A DNA stretch of 64,000 nt, from contig CAWGST010000001.1 of the NCBI GenBank assembly GCA_963825315.1, positions 2,645,460 to 2,709,459 on the forward strand, in the 5' to 3' direction. The stretch is from an uncultured Verrucomicrobiae bacterium. Lineage in GTDB: Bacteria > Verrucomicrobiota > Verrucomicrobiia > Limisphaerales > Palsa-1400. Numbering within the stretch: position 1 is the first letter of the stretch; every line of letters starts with the position of its first letter. Made by a program: the position numbers and the translations under genes. The notes under the pieces are model-generated. The model was not told the origin of the DNA. It worked only from the letters and a program-made list of their open reading frames with translations, and did not search any database. This document shows, one piece after another, positions 60,202 to 64,000 of this stretch.

Positions 60202-60333
60202 TACTTCCCGCTGAAAAATGAGGAGGGCATGGTCTTTGCTTTCGTTTCTGCGTTTTTCTGCGTGTTCTGCGGGCAAATAATTCCTTGGGGTCATTGGGAA
60301 TATATCGCTACATCATTTGTGGCAATGCTCTAG

Positions 60334-61593
60334 TTACCGTGGATCCACAATCGCGCCAAGAAAAAGCATCGCCCCGCTTTGATTTTCACGGATGGCCAGG
60401 AAAAATGGCCGGTCCACCACCATCCGAAAAGGCGGCTCCACCCGCCGGGCCGCCATCGCCGTTATGCCAATGCCAGTGACCGCGGCGGCTTCAGTCCCTT
60501 CTTCATTGACGTCCACGTAAGTTTTTTGCTTGACCCAATCAATATATAACGGCTCCTCCGAAATGCCGTGGAAGTTTGCCTGGCGGGTGAATGCCGCGGT
60601 CATGCCCTGCGCCTCCAGCACCTCTTTCAGATTGTACTCGTTTTCCAGTTTGAATCGCGGCAGCTCCACCGTGCCTTTCGTGGAGTGAAGCTGCGTTGTC
60701 CATTGCTCCCAATTCTCCATGGTCAGAGTTTGAAGAAATTCATCCAGGCTCTTCTTCGGCAGAAAAACATACATGCTCACGGCCCGGCCCGCATAAGGAA
60801 GCCGGACGGCTTGGAAAGCATCGTCCTCGTAATACTCAAAATCTCCCGTTCGACTCATCCTCGGATGCGTCACCGTCTGGCCGTTGCCCAGCGTGAAGGG
60901 CAAATCGCTCGTCAGCTTTTTGTCGAAAGGCACGGTCCAATCGCCCTTGAAATAAATCGCATCCAGCACAATCAGGCGATTTGCGTCCAGCGGCGGCTGG
61001 ACCATTTTTGGAATTTTGCCGTGGGTATGATCGCTGCACCAGGCATTGATTTTTTGCGCCGTCGCCGGATTTCCAAAATCCACACTGGCAACTTCCGCCT
61101 GGTAGAACTGCCGGCTGACGGCCAGGAACGAGGGATTAATTTTGGCGTCCTGGGCCGTCCACAAGCTGTTGGCAATTTCCAATTTGATCTTCGCATCCAA
61201 CTTGGACAAATGTTCGAGCAGGGCCAGGTTCGCCTCGTTCAAATCCGTCGCGCCAGCCTCCACTCGCAAAGTAGATAATATTTGCCGCAAGGTTTCGCCC
61301 TGCGCTCCGTTGGCGGCCATGGACAAGGCAAAGGCCAGTCCGGCGGGGCTGAGAAACACATTCCTACCGGGCACGGATTGGCGGGTCTGCGCGAGCAACT
61401 TCAAGCCGAAGGCATTGTAGGAACCGGCCACTTTTTCAATGGCTCCGTTGGTCTGGGCGGATGCGCTTGCAAAAATGAGGAATGCTGTTGTGAAAATGAC
61501 AAATGACGAAATCCTAATGACGAAATGATGACGAAGCCCCAACGACGAATCTCGCCAAAAGCGGCGCGATGCCCGAGGTTCCTTTTTCGTCAT
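60334..61593 (-). CDS. Serpin (serine protease inhibitor), secreted
   Basis: NVFLSP, IANSLW, INAWCSDHTHGKI, DAIYFKGDW, hinge EEGTEAAAVT, VDRPF. The start codon is uncertain. Confidence 0.92.
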   Translation of the reverse strand: MTKKEPRASRRFWRDSSLGLRHHFVIRISSFVIFTTAFLIFASASAQTNGAIEKVAGSYNAFGLKLLAQTRQSVPGRNVFLSPAGLAFALSMAANGAQGETLRQILSTLRVEAGATDLNEANLALLEHLSKLDAKIKLEIANSLWTAQDAKINPSFLAVSRQFYQAEVASVDFGNPATAQKINAWCSDHTHGKIPKMVQPPLDANRLIVLDAIYFKGDWTVPFDKKLTSDLPFTLGNGQTVTHPRMSRTGDFEYYEDDAFQAVRLPYAGRAVSMYVFLPKKSLDEFLQTLTMENWEQWTTQLHSTKGTVELPRFKLENEYNLKEVLEAQGMTAAFTRQANFHGISEEPLYIDWVKQKTYVDVNEEGTEAAAVTGIGITAMAARRVEPPFRMVVDRPFFLAIRENQSGAMLFLGAIVDPR

Positions 61594-61790
61594 TGCGTCA
61601 TTTGAACATTGATTGGTCATTAGATTCTTACCATTGAAATCTCGTCGAATTATCTCTCAGATTTTTATCCGTGTCCATCCGTGTCCATCCGTGGTTAAGA
61701 ATTTCAAATCCTTTTGGCTGGGATTTCGTCATTCGTCATTCTTGCGGCATTGGTCATTCGGATTTCGTCATTCGTCATTCTCCTTGTATC
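61493..61790. repeat. AATGAC/GTCATT short-unit interspersed repeat cluster (related copy at 28283-28380)
   Basis: gaaaatgac(a/g)aatgacgaaatcctaatgac is shared by 61493-61522 and 28283-28312; multiple ttcgtcattcgtcatt units. Confidence 0.75.
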
Positions 61791-62133
61791 CTAATTCCTC
61801 GCTGGCGGAAGTCGAGATGATTTAATGGAGGCCCGAATCATTAGCGACTTTTGGGGAGCGCGACCGTCCCGGTCGCATCCGTCGGCGTCCCGCCGGCGGA
61901 ACTCGCGCTTCCGAAACTTTCAACCTTTGCGTGGACTCTTGAGCATGTCGCTAATGATTCGGGATGGCGGATTTGTTGGTGGACAGAGCGGGCGTGGCGC
62001 GGCATTATCCCGGCATGGCGCAAAAGTCAACTGATGAAGCGCGGCGTCCGCCGGAAACGGGACCATTTGCCAACCGGAGGTTGCCATGACTCCAAATCAT
62101 CGAAATGTTGAAATGTGAGGAACTGACGACTTT

Positions 62134-63996
62134 ATGTCCATCATAGCCGAAATCAATCAGTATTCTAACGGAGCACAATTTCGTCGTGCGGATATGCACA
62201 TTCATTCTTTCGGGGAAGGTGGATCATACGACGTTGTAGATGCCGGGATGACCCCGGAAGCTATTGTCGATACTGCGCTTGAGGAGAAACTTCATGTCAT
62301 TGGTATCACCGATCACAACGTCGTCGGGAACGCCCTTCGTGCCGTTAAGTACGCCCATGGTAAACCGATTCTTGTTGTGCCCGGGGTCGAGCTTTCCACG
62401 CAACAAGGACATTTTCTGGTGTACTGCCCAACGCCTGAGAAGCTTGAAGGGTTTTACGGGAAAGTCAAGATTTCGGAGGACAAGAAGACGTGCCACGAGA
62501 CAATTCCGCAATGCCTTAAATATGCGGAGGAGTTCGACGGATTTGGGATTTGTGCCCATATCGATCGCGATGGCGGACTTGAAAACGCCCATCCAAAGTT
62601 CGATGCGTTCAAGCAGGAAGTGCTGAATTGCAGGAATCTCCTGGCCTTGGAGATATCAAAAGCGGACAAGAGCGGATGGTTCTCAAATTCAGACGATAGT
62701 CCGGACCGGAAGAACTGTGCTTCCCTTCGATGCAAACACTTGGGGCAGGAAGACGGAATTGAACTTCCTAAGGTGATGGCCTCAGATGCACATTCACTCG
62801 GAGCGCTTGGGAAGAACGCCGCAGGGAATCGACGGTTGACACGTTTCAAGATGGAGTCTCTGTCCTTCGATTCGCTTAGAATCGCTCTCCTTGATGGCGC
62901 GGCACGGGTGCGGCTTGAAGATTTGATCCCTTCTGGAATTCCACATTTTGTCGGATTGAAACTTGAAGGAGGCTTTCTAAGCGATCAAGTCGTCCATTTC
63001 AGCCGAAACTTGACGTGCATCATCGGAGGGCGCGGTGCCGGCAAATCAACGATGCTGGAATCTCTCCGTGTGGGGTCGGGCAATTCAATCGAGAACACTA
63101 TTGTTGATTGCGAAGTTTGGCCGGACGCCATCACGCTCATCTACGAAGACGAAGTGGGACAGCAGCACACACTCACAAGAAGCAAACTTAACGAGGTATG
63201 CAACAGTGATCCTGACGGCCCCAAGAAAGTTCTGATAGAGAGTTACGGCCAGGGAGAAACCGCTGAAACAATCCATCACTGCGATAAAGATCCTGCCATT
63301 CTCCTAGCCTTTCTTGATGGCTTTGTTGATGTGACGGAAATGCCAGAGAAGGATGAAGAACTCCGGGCTGCACCGCTCAAGAATCAGACTGAAATTGAAC
63401 GCCTGCAATTAGATCTAAACCGCATCCCAGAAATCGAGAATGCAAAAAAGGTTGCCGATCAACAAGTCGCGACATTAAAGAGCCAGAAGGCGGGCGAAGT
63501 CGTAGATCTTGAACAGAAACTCGCTAACGAGAGGCTATTCCGCGAGCAGCTTCGTACCAAACTCAATAGTCTTCCCACATCGATCAATGATTGCTTAACC
63601 AGTGAAGAGTTAAATAACCTCATTACTGGGCTGGACGGCAACTCACTAGCAATCGGAAAGACGGAGTTCGATGCGGTTAAGAAACTCGTGACTGACCTGG
63701 CCAACGATGTCGATACGGTATCTGTACAACTCAAAATCAGAGTCAGTGACGCCGCCACGAAGATCAGTGAACAATTGAAGCTTTGGTCAATCAAGGAACA
63801 GGAAACGCAGGCTAAGATCGAAGACCTCCGTAGGGAGCTTGAAAAGCAGAAGATCAAGCTCGACATCGCGTTCATCCGAAAAGTGACGAAGGATGCGACA
63901 GATTTCGCGACGAAGCTCGTAGAGTTGAAAAAGAGTGTTCCTAAGCAAATCGAGGCGCAGAGGCAACGACGTGACCTGGTTTCGAACGCGCCGTGA
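62134..63996 (+). CDS. PHP phosphoesterase-ATPase fusion (Ppl/TrlF-like candidate defence protein), incomplete
   Basis: PHP motifs DMHIHS, ITDHN, PGVELS, AHID, SDAH, then Walker A GGRGAGKS and coiled coil. No Walker B before the stop at 63996. Lower GC than its neighbours. Confidence 0.75.
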   Translation: MSIIAEINQYSNGAQFRRADMHIHSFGEGGSYDVVDAGMTPEAIVDTALEEKLHVIGITDHNVVGNALRAVKYAHGKPILVVPGVELSTQQGHFLVYCPTPEKLEGFYGKVKISEDKKTCHETIPQCLKYAEEFDGFGICAHIDRDGGLENAHPKFDAFKQEVLNCRNLLALEISKADKSGWFSNSDDSPDRKNCASLRCKHLGQEDGIELPKVMASDAHSLGALGKNAAGNRRLTRFKMESLSFDSLRIALLDGAARVRLEDLIPSGIPHFVGLKLEGGFLSDQVVHFSRNLTCIIGGRGAGKSTMLESLRVGSGNSIENTIVDCEVWPDAITLIYEDEVGQQHTLTRSKLNEVCNSDPDGPKKVLIESYGQGETAETIHHCDKDPAILLAFLDGFVDVTEMPEKDEELRAAPLKNQTEIERLQLDLNRIPEIENAKKVADQQVATLKSQKAGEVVDLEQKLANERLFREQLRTKLNSLPTSINDCLTSEELNNLITGLDGNSLAIGKTEFDAVKKLVTDLANDVDTVSVQLKIRVSDAATKISEQLKLWSIKEQETQAKIEDLRRELEKQKIKLDIAFIRKVTKDATDFATKLVELKKSVPKQIEAQRQRRDLVSNAP

Positions 63997-64000
63997 ACTC

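Noticed and set aside
61855-61910. GC-rich palindromic REP-like stretch (also 46618-46655)
   Set aside because: Only single, dissimilar copies are visible in this window, so a repeat family cannot be shown here.
1-64000. tRNA, rRNA or integron integrase genes
   Set aside because: No cloverleaf/T-loop, rRNA signature or tyrosine-recombinase (R-H-R-Y) ORF was recognised.

Overview
This GC-rich bacterial window is most consistent with Verrucomicrobiota (Pedosphaerales-like). That is inferred from the prepilin/H-X9-DG proteins, a PEP-CTERM protein, an ECF sigma/Ser-Thr kinase pair and secreted proteins with C-terminal FYRV-type tails. Left to right it holds: the 3' part of a DNA methyltransferase; an OmpR-type two-component pair; decayed toxin-antitoxin/phage remnants; a divalent-metal uptake cluster (NRAMP-related transporter, soluble MgtE-like protein, OprB/MnoP-like porin); degenerate flgN-flgK; a complete ISAs1-type element (16-bp TIR, 9-bp TSD) with a DUF4338 fusion; rodZ-like, rimO and an SSS transporter; an XRE/NIDO/PEP-CTERM islet; rhuM bracketed by a duplicated ruvC 5' end; ruvC; pgsA; an ABC exporter pair; and an IS3 element. 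An ECF sigma-kinase-prepilin-beta-propeller locus shows traces of internal duplication and is followed by a GH2 gene. The region ~43.6-50.5 kb carries three full-length attC-like sites and three attC half-sites fused to promoter-like motifs, but no integrase is present in the window. The right part has purine deaminases, gmhB-like, thioesterase and esterase genes, a nuclease-DinG helicase, a complete IS630, GxxExxY, a serpin and a PHP-ATPase (Ppl/TrlF-like) at the edge. Several genes carry single frameshifts that may be sequencing errors. No rRNA, tRNA or CRISPR array was recognised. All family assignments are motif-based by eye; no database searches were run.
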